Shown: positions 30,505-40,994, counted from the stretch's first letter. The stretch: DNA of 64,000 nt from Candidatus Falkowbacteria bacterium (GCA_037132255.1 JBAXPN010000001.1:191395-255394), one strand, 5' to 3'. Made by a program: numbers and translations. Notes: generated by a model not told the origin, from the sequence alone.

Positions 30505-30568
30505 AAAAAGCAATCTATTGTAACATTGTAGCATGTTAATACTACAAAATTAAAGTCGATTGCTTTTT
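30505..30568 (-). terminator. Long hairpin terminator after rpmE
   Basis: AAAAAGCAATC...TTGTAG...CTACAA...GATTGCTTTTT. Confidence 0.6.
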
Positions 30569-30574
30569 ATGAGG

Positions 30575-30907
30575 CTATTTTTTGTTTAATTTTACTTGAG
30601 CTATTTTTTTGATATCCTTGGTTTTAACAACCACTTCTTTCTTAGCACGAGCTTCCGCGCGCGCAGCACGCTTAACTTTCTTTCCTTTTACTTCTTTAAC
30701 GCTATCCTTAGCCTTAACTTTAGCTTCAAATTTTTCAACACGACGAGCCGTATCGACTAATTTTTGCTTACCAGTATAGAATGGATGGCAGGCAGAACAT
30801 AGTTCAACCTTAATTTCCGGTTCAGTCGAGCCGGTTGTAAAAGTGTTGCCACAAACGCAGATTACTTTGCAGTTGGGGTAATATTTTGGGTGGATGTCTT
30901 TCTTCAT
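30575..30907 (-). CDS. rpmE: 50S ribosomal protein L31 (Zn-binding type) with Lys-rich tail
   Basis: [24 protein letters not shown] and RVEKF motifs. Confidence 0.96.
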   Translation of the reverse strand: MKKDIHPKYYPNCKVICVCGNTFTTGSTEPEIKVELCSACHPFYTGKQKLVDTARRVEKFEAKVKAKDSVKEVKGKKVKRAARAEARAKKEVVVKTKDIKKIAQVKLNKK

Positions 30908-31037
30908 ATAAATAAAAAAAATTCTATTGATATTTAATAAAATTTGAACTATTGAATATCTTTAAATTATGGTAGTATTATGTTATCATAACTTTGAAAT
31001 TTAATCAAGAGTTGCCATAATACACTCCAGAAGACGT

Positions 31038-32471
31038 ATGACCAAAATAAGTAATATTGCTAAAAATACTTCATATTTAACTATAGCACTGATTTTTCAA
31101 AAAATCATTTCTTTTACCTACTTTACACTTTTGGCTCGTTATGTTGGTCCAGCTAATCTCGGTAAGTACTATTTTGCCTTATCTTTCACGACAATTTTTG
31201 CCATATTTATTGATCTTGGCTTCGCTAATGTCCTAACCAGGGAAGTGGCGAAGGATTCGTCTCGCGCTGAGACTTGGTTAGCCAATATACTATCATTAAA
31301 AGTTCCGCTCGCTTTTTTATCATTAGCAGCGGTTTTTATTTTAATAAATGTTCTTGGTTATGACCCTTTAACGCGTAATTTGGTTTATATCTGTTCTATC
31401 TGCATGGTGTTAGACTCGTTTACGGCCACATTTTTTTCCGTTGTTCGCGGCTTTCATAATTTAAAATATGAGAGCATTTCTTCAGTTATATTCCAGATTA
31501 TTGTTTTAACTATCGGCTATAGCGCCTTATTACTTGGTGGTGGTCTTATTCCAGCGATGTTCGCGCTAGCAATAGCGAGCGCTTATAATTTTATCTACGC
31601 GATAATCATTCTAAAAAATAAAATTAAAGTTGCGATTAAGCTTATTTACGATAAGCATCTGACCAAGGAAATAATCACCATCTCTTGGCCCTTTGCTGTC
31701 TACGCAATATTCCAACGACTGTATACATATTTAGATTCAGTATTTTTATCAGTGTTGGCCGGGGACGAACAGGTCGGATTATACCAAATTGCTTTTAAAA
31801 TTATATTTGCTTTACAATTTTTGCCCATGGCGTTCACAGCCTCGCTTTACCCGGCCATGAGTTCTTATTGGCATAATAACCGCGAGCAATTAATTATTTC
31901 CTTTGAGAGAGCTTTGAGTTATTTGATTATTATTTCGCTACCGATTATTGTCGGTGCAGTCGTTCTGGCTGACAAAATTATTTTATTATTCAAAGCTGGT
32001 TACGGCGGAGCTCTATTGCCTTTGCAAATATCGATTATTTCTCTATTTTTTATCTTTATTAATTTTCCCATCGGCTCTCTCCTTAACGCTTGTGATAAAC
32101 AAAGAAAGAATACCTTAAACATGGGAATCGTAACAATTACCAGTATTATCCTTAACTTATTATTAATTCCTCATTATCAAGCCGTCGGTGCCAGCGTAAC
32201 CGTTCTTATTACTAATGCCTTAATGTTCATTTTGGGAATATATTGGGTGAAAAAAATTATTCCTTATCGAGCAGCCAAAAATTTGTTGATCTTTACTAAG
32301 GTTCTCTTTGCCTGTTTAGTCATGGGTGTAATAATATATTTCGGAAAAAGTTATTTAAATGTTTTTGTCGCGACGATAATTGGTTCCTTAATTTATTTTA
32401 CTTTATTACTAGGGCTCGGAGCTTTCAAGCGAGCTGATCTAAATAGCATTCTACAATCATTTAAGCGTTAA
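31038..32471 (+). CDS. Wzx-like polysaccharide flippase
   Basis: About 14 TMs. DLGF....TREVA, LDSVFLS and VGLYQIA motifs. Confidence 0.9.
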   Translation: MTKISNIAKNTSYLTIALIFQKIISFTYFTLLARYVGPANLGKYYFALSFTTIFAIFIDLGFANVLTREVAKDSSRAETWLANILSLKVPLAFLSLAAVFILINVLGYDPLTRNLVYICSICMVLDSFTATFFSVVRGFHNLKYESISSVIFQIIVLTIGYSALLLGGGLIPAMFALAIASAYNFIYAIIILKNKIKVAIKLIYDKHLTKEIITISWPFAVYAIFQRLYTYLDSVFLSVLAGDEQVGLYQIAFKIIFALQFLPMAFTASLYPAMSSYWHNNREQLIISFERALSYLIIISLPIIVGAVVLADKIILLFKAGYGGALLPLQISIISLFFIFINFPIGSLLNACDKQRKNTLNMGIVTITSIILNLLLIPHYQAVGASVTVLITNALMFILGIYWVKKIIPYRAAKNLLIFTKVLFACLVMGVIIYFGKSYLNVFVATIIGSLIYFTLLLGLGAFKRADLNSILQSFKR

Positions 32472-32474
32472 TAT

Positions 32475-33557
32475 ATGAAAACTCTCTTATTTACTTTAGA
32501 ATATCCACCATTTCATGGTGGCGTCGCAAATTATTACGGTAATTTGGCGAAGTACTGGCCAATCTCAGAAAAAATGAGCATTCTTAACAATGATAAGGGC
32601 GAGCTTAGTCGCGGCACTGGCTTTTTTTCCTGGTGGCCAGCCCTGTTCTCTCTATATAGAAAATTGAGCAGGGAAGAATTTGAGTCATTACTAGTTGGTC
32701 AAATTCTACCATTGGGAACAGTCGCCTATTTAATATCACGTCTTATCCCGATAAAATATACCGTTTTTTTGCACGGCATGGATTTTGCCTTAGCAATTAA
32801 AACGCCATGGAAACAATTTTTAAGTAAATTAATACTTCGTCGGGCCGATAAAATTATTTGTGCTAATAGTTATGTACGGGATAGATTAATTGAATTTCTT
32901 CCTGAGTCTTCAATCAAAACTAGAATTGTTAATCCTGGAATCGAAGGTGGAGCACCTGAAATAGACGCCAAAGATATTGCGGAAATTAAAAATGAGTATC
33001 ATCTGGAAAATAAAACAGTTTTACTCAGTCTTGGCCGCTTAGTTAAAAGAAAGGGAGTCGACATGACTATAGACGCCTTGGCCTTGATTCCCGAAGAAGA
33101 AAGTAAAAATTTAATGTATTTTATCGCCGGCGCCGGTCCGCGTGAGGAATTTCTAAAAAAATTAGTTCCGCCAAGATTACTCGACAAAATTATTTTTCTC
33201 GGTAGCTTAAATGATCAAGAAAAATGGACCTGGCTAAAAATATGCGATATTTTTGTTATGCCTTCACGCGATATTTCTGGAGACTTCGAGGGTTTCGGTA
33301 TCGTTTATCTTGAAGCTAACTTAAGTGGTAAGCCTGTCATTGCCGGTAATTCCGGAGGTGTCCGCGACGCTGTCGTTGATGGAGTAACGGGCATAATGGT
33401 TGATCCCGAAAGGATAGAGGAAATTAAAGAAACAATAGTCACTCTTGTTAAAAATCCAGAATTAAGAAATAAGCTAGGACATGACGGAAAAATGCGCGCC
33501 ATGGAAGATTTTGATTGGGAAAACCAAGCTATTAAGGTTTGGCAATTTATAAAATAA
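32475..33557 (+). CDS. Glycosyltransferase family 4
   Basis: YPPFHGG, GRLVKRKG and EGFGIVYLEA motifs. Confidence 0.9.
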   Translation: MKTLLFTLEYPPFHGGVANYYGNLAKYWPISEKMSILNNDKGELSRGTGFFSWWPALFSLYRKLSREEFESLLVGQILPLGTVAYLISRLIPIKYTVFLHGMDFALAIKTPWKQFLSKLILRRADKIICANSYVRDRLIEFLPESSIKTRIVNPGIEGGAPEIDAKDIAEIKNEYHLENKTVLLSLGRLVKRKGVDMTIDALALIPEEESKNLMYFIAGAGPREEFLKKLVPPRLLDKIIFLGSLNDQEKWTWLKICDIFVMPSRDISGDFEGFGIVYLEANLSGKPVIAGNSGGVRDAVVDGVTGIMVDPERIEEIKETIVTLVKNPELRNKLGHDGKMRAMEDFDWENQAIKVWQFIK

Positions 33558-33563
33558 TAAATT

Positions 33564-34265
33564 ATGATTTCGATAATAATACCGGTTTATAACCAAGCTA
33601 CAAAATTAATTAAAACACTAGAGAGTATTAATAATCAGAGCTACCAAGAGTTTGAAGTAATAATTGTTAATGATGGTTCTAGTGATGGCGTTGAAATTCT
33701 TTGTGGCAATTATTTGAATAAGTTAGGCTCAACGAACTCTTATCTTTTTTTAAACCAAACAAATCATGGTGCCCCTGCAGCCCGCAACCGTGGTTATGTG
33801 CAAGCTAAAGGTAATTATTTATTTTTTTGCGATGCCGACGCGATACTGCACCCGCAAGCTTTAGAAATACTTCTTAAAACATTAGAAGCAAACCCAAATG
33901 TAAGTTACGCTTACTCTTCATTTTTATGGGGAAAGAAATTATTTAAACTTGGCGAATTTGACGCAGAGAAATTACAGAGCATGCCGTATATCCATACCAT
34001 GTCTTTAATTCGACGCTCCGATTATACTCCGACTGGTTGGGATGAAAGCATTACGAAACTTCAAGACTGGGATTTGTGGCTTACAATGCTTGAACAGGGA
34101 AGAATCGGCATATTCGTTTCTGAAGTCTTATTCACGGTAACGCCCGGCGGAACAATCAGCACTTGGCTTCCGGCTGTTGCTTACAAATATTTACCTTTTT
34201 TATCGCAAGTTAAGAAATATAAAAGAGCATTAAAAATTGTTAAAGACAAACATGGCCTTAAATAA
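33564..34265 (+). CDS. Glycosyltransferase family 2
   Basis: ISIIIPVYN, VNDGSSD, ARNRG, CDAD and QDWDLW motifs. Confidence 0.9.
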   Translation: MISIIIPVYNQATKLIKTLESINNQSYQEFEVIIVNDGSSDGVEILCGNYLNKLGSTNSYLFLNQTNHGAPAARNRGYVQAKGNYLFFCDADAILHPQALEILLKTLEANPNVSYAYSSFLWGKKLFKLGEFDAEKLQSMPYIHTMSLIRRSDYTPTGWDESITKLQDWDLWLTMLEQGRIGIFVSEVLFTVTPGGTISTWLPAVAYKYLPFLSQVKKYKRALKIVKDKHGLK

Positions 34266-34725
34266 CAAAAAACGATATTTTATAATTTTACTGGTGTTAA
34301 TTGTATTTATTTTTATTGTAATTTACAGTACTTTTCGAGTTACAAATAAAAATATAAATACTAAATATTCAGTTCGAATTAATAATATTAAAATTGCCAT
34401 TGAGGTCGCATCAAGTCCGCTGCAACAATACCTTGGTTTAAGTAACCGTGAATCATTGTGCCCTAATTGTGGAATGTTGTTTATATTTAAAGATAAAGAA
34501 GAGCAGATATTTGTCATGCGGGATATGAAATTTCCGCTTGATATCGTTTTTATTGATGACAATAAAATTATCAATATTGAAAATAACTTAGTCCCCGAAG
34601 GGGATAAACCGAAAATGCTATACAAAAGTTTAACGCCCTCAAATCGAGTACTTGAATTACCTGGCGGCTTTTGTGAACAAAATAAGATTAAAGCTGGAGA
34701 CGCAGTAAATATTTTTGAGAATTGA
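34252..34725 (+). CDS. DUF192 family protein
   Basis: N-terminal TM. GLSNR, GMLFIF, MKFPLDIVFI and VLELPGG motifs. Confidence 0.85.
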   Translation: MALNNKKRYFIILLVLIVFIFIVIYSTFRVTNKNINTKYSVRINNIKIAIEVASSPLQQYLGLSNRESLCPNCGMLFIFKDKEEQIFVMRDMKFPLDIVFIDDNKIINIENNLVPEGDKPKMLYKSLTPSNRVLELPGGFCEQNKIKAGDAVNIFEN

Positions 34726-34727
34726 CT

Positions 34728-36197
34728 ATGAATAGCCTAAATATAAAAACAAAAATCGCCATTTACTTGGGAATTATAATTATCCTCGAATTTTTGTCTT
34801 ACGCTTCATTATTATCACAAAATCTAAGTGCACTTATTTTTATTATAATTATTACCGCTAGTTTAGCACTTACAGTATATCGTTTAGAATATGGCTTATT
34901 AGTTGTAATTGCCGAACTTTTAGTCGGTTCAATGGGGCATTTATTTATGCTTCATATTTCTGACCAACAAATTTCTATTAGAATTTGCCTTTGGTTTATT
35001 ACTTTAACAATTTTTTTCCTGAAGTTTATTGGACAAATTATTTGCGACGGAAAGGAATCAAAATATCTAAAAGCGCTCCTGAGTTTTTCCGGAGCTAAAT
35101 ATTTTATAATTCTGGCCATCTTTGCGTTTATTGGTCTCATAAACGCATTGCTACGCGGACAGCAATTAAATTTAATCGTCAGTGACTTTAATTCTTGGTT
35201 ATATTGGTTACTAATGCTTCCCGCAATTGTAACTTTTTCGGGCGATAGTAAAAAAAGTTTTGAAAATTTGAAAACAATTTTTTTGAGCGCTACAATCTGG
35301 CTAAGCTTAAAAACCTTAATTTTGCTTTACATCTTTACCCATAATTTAGTAATCGCGCCTGATGTTTATCTCTGGCTGCGTAAAACTTTAGTCGGGGAAA
35401 TGACCCCAACTTTATCTGGCTGGCCACGCATATTTATTCAAGGGCAAATATTTTCCGGCGTTGCCTTGTTTTTAACATTTTGGCTTAACAATAAAAGATT
35501 GAAAAATATTTCCAGCTTACTATTGGGGGCCGTATTTTCCAGCGCTCTTCTTATTAGCTTTTCTCGAAGTTTTTGGGTAGCCCTAATTGTCTCCATAATA
35601 TTTAGTTTAATAATTATTTGGCGTCTTTACTATTTTAAGGCTGCGCTAAAGAGTGCGCTTTGGTTCGCAATTAGTTTTTCGCTTGGCTTAGTCTTAATTA
35701 TTTTAGTTGCTATTTTTCCATACCCTGAGTCGGGGAAATTTAATGCTGATTTTATTAGTCGCGTTAGCAACGGAAATGAGGCGGCGCTTGCTTCTCGTTG
35801 GTCGCTATTACCGATATTAACGCAGGAAATAAAAAAAGAGCCCTTCTTTGGTCAGGGCTTCGGGGCAACTATCACCTATAAATCGAGTGATCCGCGCGTA
35901 TTAGAGAATGACCCGAGTGGTAAATACACGACCTACGCCTTTGAATGGGGCTATCTTGATTTATGGCTAAAAATTGGGCTCTTTGGCCTCTTGGCCTATC
36001 TTTTTTTAATATTATATTTAACAAATAAAGCAATTAAATATGGAGCTAAAAATAGCGATTATTTACTTTTAGGTCTGGCTGCAAGTTTCGTATTTTTAGC
36101 TATTACAAACATCTTTACGCCCTACTTAAATCATCCATTAGGGATGGGAATTCTGCTTATCGGGGCTTGTCTAATTCGAAAAGATAGGGTATATTAA
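34728..36197 (+). CDS. O-antigen ligase/polymerase family membrane protein
   Basis: Multi-TM. SFSRSFW, PFFGQGFG and WLKIGLFG motifs. Confidence 0.8.
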   Translation: MNSLNIKTKIAIYLGIIIILEFLSYASLLSQNLSALIFIIIITASLALTVYRLEYGLLVVIAELLVGSMGHLFMLHISDQQISIRICLWFITLTIFFLKFIGQIICDGKESKYLKALLSFSGAKYFIILAIFAFIGLINALLRGQQLNLIVSDFNSWLYWLLMLPAIVTFSGDSKKSFENLKTIFLSATIWLSLKTLILLYIFTHNLVIAPDVYLWLRKTLVGEMTPTLSGWPRIFIQGQIFSGVALFLTFWLNNKRLKNISSLLLGAVFSSALLISFSRSFWVALIVSIIFSLIIIWRLYYFKAALKSALWFAISFSLGLVLIILVAIFPYPESGKFNADFISRVSNGNEAALASRWSLLPILTQEIKKEPFFGQGFGATITYKSSDPRVLENDPSGKYTTYAFEWGYLDLWLKIGLFGLLAYLFLILYLTNKAIKYGAKNSDYLLLGLAASFVFLAITNIFTPYLNHPLGMGILLIGACLIRKDRVY

Positions 36198-36231
36198 AAA
36201 TTAACTAATCTTCAATAAATAAAATAAAATT

Positions 36232-36690
36232 ATGAACGAGCAAATCATCTCACAAGAGGGTTACGATAAATTAAAAGACGAGTTAACCCTACTTACAACC
36301 GTAAAACGAAAAGATATTGCCGAAAGAATTGAGCGGGCCAAGGAATTAGGTGATTTAAGTGAGAATGCCGAATATAGCGAAGCTAAAGATGCTCAGGCTT
36401 TAAACGAAGGTAGAGTACTTGAACTAACTAATACCTTAAAGAACGTCACCGTTGTTCAACACGAAGATTCAAATGAACAAGTTGTCATGGGTTCAAAAGT
36501 AACAGTAAAAACTGGTGACAAGGAAAAACAATACACCATCGTTAGTTTTAATGAGGCCGACCCCTTGGATGGTAAAATCTCAAATGAATCTCCGCTCGGA
36601 GTAGCATTCTTAAACAAGAAGAAGGGAACATCTGTTGAGGTTGAGACTCCAAAAGGATTAGTAAAATATAAAATCTTAAAAATCGAATAA
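36232..36690 (+). CDS. greA: Transcription elongation factor GreA
   Basis: GDLSENAEY and ISNESPLG motifs. Confidence 0.96.
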   Translation: MNEQIISQEGYDKLKDELTLLTTVKRKDIAERIERAKELGDLSENAEYSEAKDAQALNEGRVLELTNTLKNVTVVQHEDSNEQVVMGSKVTVKTGDKEKQYTIVSFNEADPLDGKISNESPLGVAFLNKKKGTSVEVETPKGLVKYKILKIE

Positions 36691-36698
36691 AGGAATTT

Positions 36699-38189
36699 AT
36701 GTCCGAGAAGAAAGAGATTGAGCAGAAAACTGCGGCGCCAGTTAGCGAACGCGGCGATAGAATTAAAAAATTAGAAGAGCTTATTAAAGCTGGAATAAAT
36801 CCATATCCGGCTAAAGTTAAGCGTGATTTTGAAATTAAAGAAATTATCAAAAATTTTGATTCATTATCCGAGTCTCAAAAAGAATTTTATATTGTCGGAC
36901 GACTGCGTTCAAAACGTGAACATGGTAATTTAGCCTTTGCGAATCTCGAAGATGCATCAGGCACAATCCAATTAGCATTTTCAAAAAAAGATTTAGGTGT
37001 TGATTTGTATAAAAATTTTTTAAAGTTGATTGATATCGCTGATTTTATTCAGATTCAGGGGGCATCTTTCTTGACTCATAAAGGTGAGAAGAGCGTCATG
37101 GTGAAAGATTGGCAATTGCTCTCAAAAGCATTGCGACCGATTCCGGATTCTTGGTACGGGCTAAAGGATGAAGATGAAAAGATGCGTAAGCGCTATCTTG
37201 ATTTACTACTTAATCCCGAACTTCGTGATTTATTCTATAAAAAATCTCTATTTTGGGAAGTTACTCGCGATTTCATGAAAAAGCGTGGATTTTTTGAAGT
37301 CGAAACTCCAACTATCGAAGTAACAACAGGAGGTGCTGAAGCTAATCCATTTAAAACTCATCACGACGATTTTGATCTCGATGTTTATTTAAGAATATCC
37401 GTCGGTGAACTTTGGCAGAAAAGATTAATGGCGGCCGGTTATGAAAAAGTTTTTGAAATTGGTCGCGTTTACCGCAACGAGGGGTCTAGCCCTGATCATC
37501 TTCAAGAATTCACCAACATGGAATTCTACTGGGCCTACGCTGATTATGAAATGGGCATGAAATTAACCCAAGAACTATATCAAGAAATTGCGCAAAAAGT
37601 TTTCGGCACCATGAAATTTAAAACGAAAGGTTTTTCATATGATTTATCAGGCGAGTGGCCAAGAATAGATTATTGTGAAGAAGTTTTAAAACAGACTGGA
37701 ATTAATATTTTAAAAGCGAGTGAAAAAGAAATGGCCTCAAAGCTCGATGAATTAAAAGTTAAATACGAGGGAACTAATCGCGAACGCTTAATGGACTCTC
37801 TCTGGAAATATTGTCGTAAAAGTATTTCTGGCCCGGTATTTCTTATTAACCATCCAAAACTCGTAAGCCCCTTATCGAAAGCAAAAACTGACAACCCGGA
37901 ACTAACTGAACGTTTCCAAGTAATAATTGCTGGCAGCGAACTCTGTAATGGTTTCTCCGAATTAAATGACCCTATTGATCAGAACAACAGATTTAAAGAA
38001 CAACAAAAACTAATTGATCGCGGCGATAAAGAAGCGATGATGCCAGATTTTGAATTTGTCGAAATGCTTGAACATGGCATGCCACCAACTTGTGGTTTTG
38101 GCTTTGGAGAAAGACTATTCGCCTTCTTAGTTGATAAACCAATCAGAGAAACCACGCTATTCCCGCTGATGAAACCAAAATTAGACTAA
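36699..38189 (+). CDS. lysS: Lysine--tRNA ligase (class II)
   Basis: OB domain, RKRYLDL, GGAEANPF, GRVYRNEG and HGMPPTCGFGFG motifs. Confidence 0.97.
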   Translation: MSEKKEIEQKTAAPVSERGDRIKKLEELIKAGINPYPAKVKRDFEIKEIIKNFDSLSESQKEFYIVGRLRSKREHGNLAFANLEDASGTIQLAFSKKDLGVDLYKNFLKLIDIADFIQIQGASFLTHKGEKSVMVKDWQLLSKALRPIPDSWYGLKDEDEKMRKRYLDLLLNPELRDLFYKKSLFWEVTRDFMKKRGFFEVETPTIEVTTGGAEANPFKTHHDDFDLDVYLRISVGELWQKRLMAAGYEKVFEIGRVYRNEGSSPDHLQEFTNMEFYWAYADYEMGMKLTQELYQEIAQKVFGTMKFKTKGFSYDLSGEWPRIDYCEEVLKQTGINILKASEKEMASKLDELKVKYEGTNRERLMDSLWKYCRKSISGPVFLINHPKLVSPLSKAKTDNPELTERFQVIIAGSELCNGFSELNDPIDQNNRFKEQQKLIDRGDKEAMMPDFEFVEMLEHGMPPTCGFGFGERLFAFLVDKPIRETTLFPLMKPKLD

Positions 38190-38190
38190 G

Positions 38191-38631
38191 ATGAGACTTT
38201 GGAGTATTAGCCCTATATATTTAGATACTAAGGGGCTATTGGCTGTATGGCGCGAAGCCTTGCTGGCGAAAAAAGTTCTCGAAGGAAATACTAATGGTTA
38301 TAAGAACCATCCGCAATTAATAAGGTTTAAGGAAAGCAAAGATACCGAAGCTAATATTAACGCTTACTTGTTTGGCATCTATTTAGAAGCCGAGTCTCGC
38401 GGATATAAGTTTTCTGCAGACAAGATTAAGACCTTGAAAATTTTAAATAAAAAGATTAAGGTAAATAAAGATCAGCTAGATTACGAATTTTCACATTTAC
38501 TTAATAAGTTAAAGGCTAGAGATACAAAAAAATATAGAGAGATTAAAGATATTAAACGGCCGGAAGCCCATTTTTTATTTGAAGAAATACCAGGCGGAGT
38601 AGAGAAGTGGGAAATAGTTAAGGACAATTGA
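38191..38631 (+). CDS. Pyrimidine dimer DNA glycosylase / T4 endonuclease V-like protein
   Basis: MRLWS..P.YLD.KGLLAVWREALLA, GYKNHPQL and EAESRGYKF motifs. Confidence 0.85.
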   Translation: MRLWSISPIYLDTKGLLAVWREALLAKKVLEGNTNGYKNHPQLIRFKESKDTEANINAYLFGIYLEAESRGYKFSADKIKTLKILNKKIKVNKDQLDYEFSHLLNKLKARDTKKYREIKDIKRPEAHFLFEEIPGGVEKWEIVKDN

Positions 38632-38637
38632 ATACAT

Positions 38638-38708
38638 TCGGGGATCGTCTAACGGTAGGACAACAGGTTCTGGTCCTGTTTATTGGGGTTCGAATCCCTA
38701 TCCCCGAG
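38638..38708 (+). tRNA. tRNA-Gln (CUG)
   Basis: Acceptor TCGGGGA/TCCCCGA, D arm GTCTAACGGTAGGAC, anticodon arm ACAGG-TTCTGGT-CCTGT, GGTTCGAATCC. Confidence 0.95.
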
Positions 38709-38847
38709 CACTGAAGAAAAATCGCTTTTATTGATGATTTCACCGAAGGATTATGATAATTTTTTCAATAAATTAAGAAATGGTAAATGGAATGATTTTG
38801 TTTCTACCCTGGAAATTGACTTAGAACAAATATAAAAAAACTCTAAC

Positions 38848-39558
38848 ATGAGCTTAAAATCCTTTATTGATAATTGGAAAAAGAAACGGATAGAGAGAGC
38901 CGCGGAACAGAAACGCCTAAAGGATCTTTTCGAAAAGTTTTTAGTTGAAACACGACCATTAGCTCCTAAAGCACCAAAATATCATGAGGCAGCAATCCTT
39001 CGTTATGCTTGGAAGCGAGCTGTTATCCTTAGCTTTTTATTTGAAGATATTCCAAATTCAGAAAAAAATTATCTATATCGAAATTTTGCACAAATTGCAT
39101 CAAGAAAATATAATCGTATCGCACCAGAAAATGCCTATGGTAAAGTTAGGCTAAGTATTGAGCAAAATGCAGCCATGAAACTTTTTGAAAAGGAAAAGGG
39201 AATGCTTTTTCCTCAAAAAGTGGCGTCGGCTTATTCTCGAGAACTCGCCTGTATCTACTTGGGGACCGATGATCAAGGCAAATGTTATATTGGACAAACA
39301 TTAGGAGCTCCAGAGTTTCGCTGGGTGCAACATAGGGCGGGCAATACAGGACCCTTTAAAAAGGGCGCTACTTATGTTAAATGGGAAGTTTTAGAGCGTA
39401 ACGTAGACCCCTTTGACTTGAATAAAAAAGAAGCTTACTATATTGGTCTTTACAATTCATTAACAGATGGTCATAACGATAATCGGGGTAATGATTTTGA
39501 AGCTTATGAAAAGGGTCTCAGTGAGAATCGTATAAAAAATATCGGAACTATAGCCTAA
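38848..39558 (+). CDS. GIY-YIG nuclease domain protein
   Basis: C-terminal CIY..(9)..YIGQT..R..QH..KEAYYI..GHN pattern. Confidence 0.75.
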   Translation: MSLKSFIDNWKKKRIERAAEQKRLKDLFEKFLVETRPLAPKAPKYHEAAILRYAWKRAVILSFLFEDIPNSEKNYLYRNFAQIASRKYNRIAPENAYGKVRLSIEQNAAMKLFEKEKGMLFPQKVASAYSRELACIYLGTDDQGKCYIGQTLGAPEFRWVQHRAGNTGPFKKGATYVKWEVLERNVDPFDLNKKEAYYIGLYNSLTDGHNDNRGNDFEAYEKGLSENRIKNIGTIA

Positions 39559-39585
39559 TTATTTGATAATTTTTATTTTAAAAAT

Positions 39586-40419
39586 ATGAAATTTAAAAAA
39601 CTAGGTAAGTTGAGCCTAACGGCAATCTATTATTTTGTAAATTTAGTTATTATATTGATTGGAATATTATTTTTTTGGCCCATAAGTCCTTTTATAAGTC
39701 AACCTTATGAAATATATTCAACAATTTCTTTTCTAGCTTTAATTTTGATTCCTATTTACGCGATTTTTTATAAAAATAAAATAATGAGTAAATCAGTAAG
39801 AGTTATATTATTATTAATTTTATTTACTTTATTATGCTCAGCTGAATTTTATATTTTAAGCTTTTTTGAGATATTACCGATAATATTAGTACTATTAGCT
39901 TTAATTTATTTTAACAGAATTAGTTTAAAAAAATGGTTATCGTCTGAAAAAAATAATCTTTCGATGGTATTTCGTAAAAAATCGAATATACTAAATAAAA
40001 ATATCAACAAGCTGTTAACTAAAATTTTACCACTTATTATTCTCTATTTATTATTTATTATTTCCTTCCTCGGAAATAGCGATTATGAGCTATTGATTGT
40101 TTTACTAGCCGCAATTCCTCTAATTATTTATATATTTACCGAGAATGGCAATCTTAAAAAGTATCTTCAGTACCTACTATACCTATTTATTATTGGTATT
40201 ATATTTTATTGGGTGAAAGATTCTTATGGTTATGTCTGGTCAATATTTAATGGTTATTTTTCATTTTCTTGGCCTTCTTGTTACTTTGCAGGATGTTATG
40301 GTGAGACAGGACGGAATGTTTTTATTCAGAGTGGTGTTTTTTATGGAGATTTAAAGGTTATATTTTATTTAGGAGTTATTTATTTAGCTATTAAAAATAA
40401 GAATAGAATTAAGGATTAA
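39586..40419 (+). CDS. Hypothetical multi-pass membrane protein
   Basis: Very AT-rich ORF with about 8 hydrophobic segments. Confidence 0.6.
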   Translation: MKFKKLGKLSLTAIYYFVNLVIILIGILFFWPISPFISQPYEIYSTISFLALILIPIYAIFYKNKIMSKSVRVILLLILFTLLCSAEFYILSFFEILPIILVLLALIYFNRISLKKWLSSEKNNLSMVFRKKSNILNKNINKLLTKILPLIILYLLFIISFLGNSDYELLIVLLAAIPLIIYIFTENGNLKKYLQYLLYLFIIGIIFYWVKDSYGYVWSIFNGYFSFSWPSCYFAGCYGETGRNVFIQSGVFYGDLKVIFYLGVIYLAIKNKNRIKD

Positions 40420-40542
40420 AATCTTATTTATTACTAGTCATCCAAGTTCTAAAGCAATCCTTCTAGGAGAGAAAATAGCCAAAATTGCACGTTCTTATGA
40501 TTTTTTTTGAAAGAGCGTATTAATAAATATAAATAAAAAAAT

Positions 40543-40791
40543 ATGAATCAACCAGAAATAAAACAACAAGAAATAGAGACCGTTAAAGAAACTAGATCAA
40601 ATTTAACAGTTGGAAATGGATTTAATTTTGGCCTTGGTTTTGGAATCGGATTTTTTATTTCCGGAGTCATCATTTCTATTATAACGGGCTTTATTGTATT
40701 TACTCTTTTTGCGTCAACTATCACTTCTTTTCAGAAAGCTATAACTGACCCATTCGGATTTAAAAGCAGCAGTCAAAGCTTATTTAAATAG
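40543..40791 (+). CDS. Small membrane protein (Gly-zipper GNGFNFGLGFGIGF)
   Basis: 82 aa with one long hydrophobic Gly-rich segment. Confidence 0.6.
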   Translation: MNQPEIKQQEIETVKETRSNLTVGNGFNFGLGFGIGFFISGVIISIITGFIVFTLFASTITSFQKAITDPFGFKSSSQSLFK

Positions 40792-40936
40792 CAAATGGGT
40801 CACGACTTAGATCCTAAGTTCAGATGGAACAAGAATACAAATTGACAAAGTAGGGCATTATCACCGTTCCAACTATACCCCAAATTCCAAGCAATACATT
40901 AAATAGGCTTAAATTAGCCTATTTTTTGTTATAGTA

Positions 40937-40994
40937 TTGACAAATATGATATAATATGATATAGTATTCTTGTTAGAATATGAACCTTAAAAAT
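40937..40994 (+). promoter_or_regulatory. sigma70 promoter followed by a boxA-like element
   Basis: TTGACA-17-TATAGT, then GAACCTTAAAAAT at 40982. Confidence 0.6.

Noticed and set aside
38690-38710. att direct repeat of the tRNA-Gln 3' end bounding an island
   Set aside because: No second copy was spotted in the window, so island boundaries cannot be defined.
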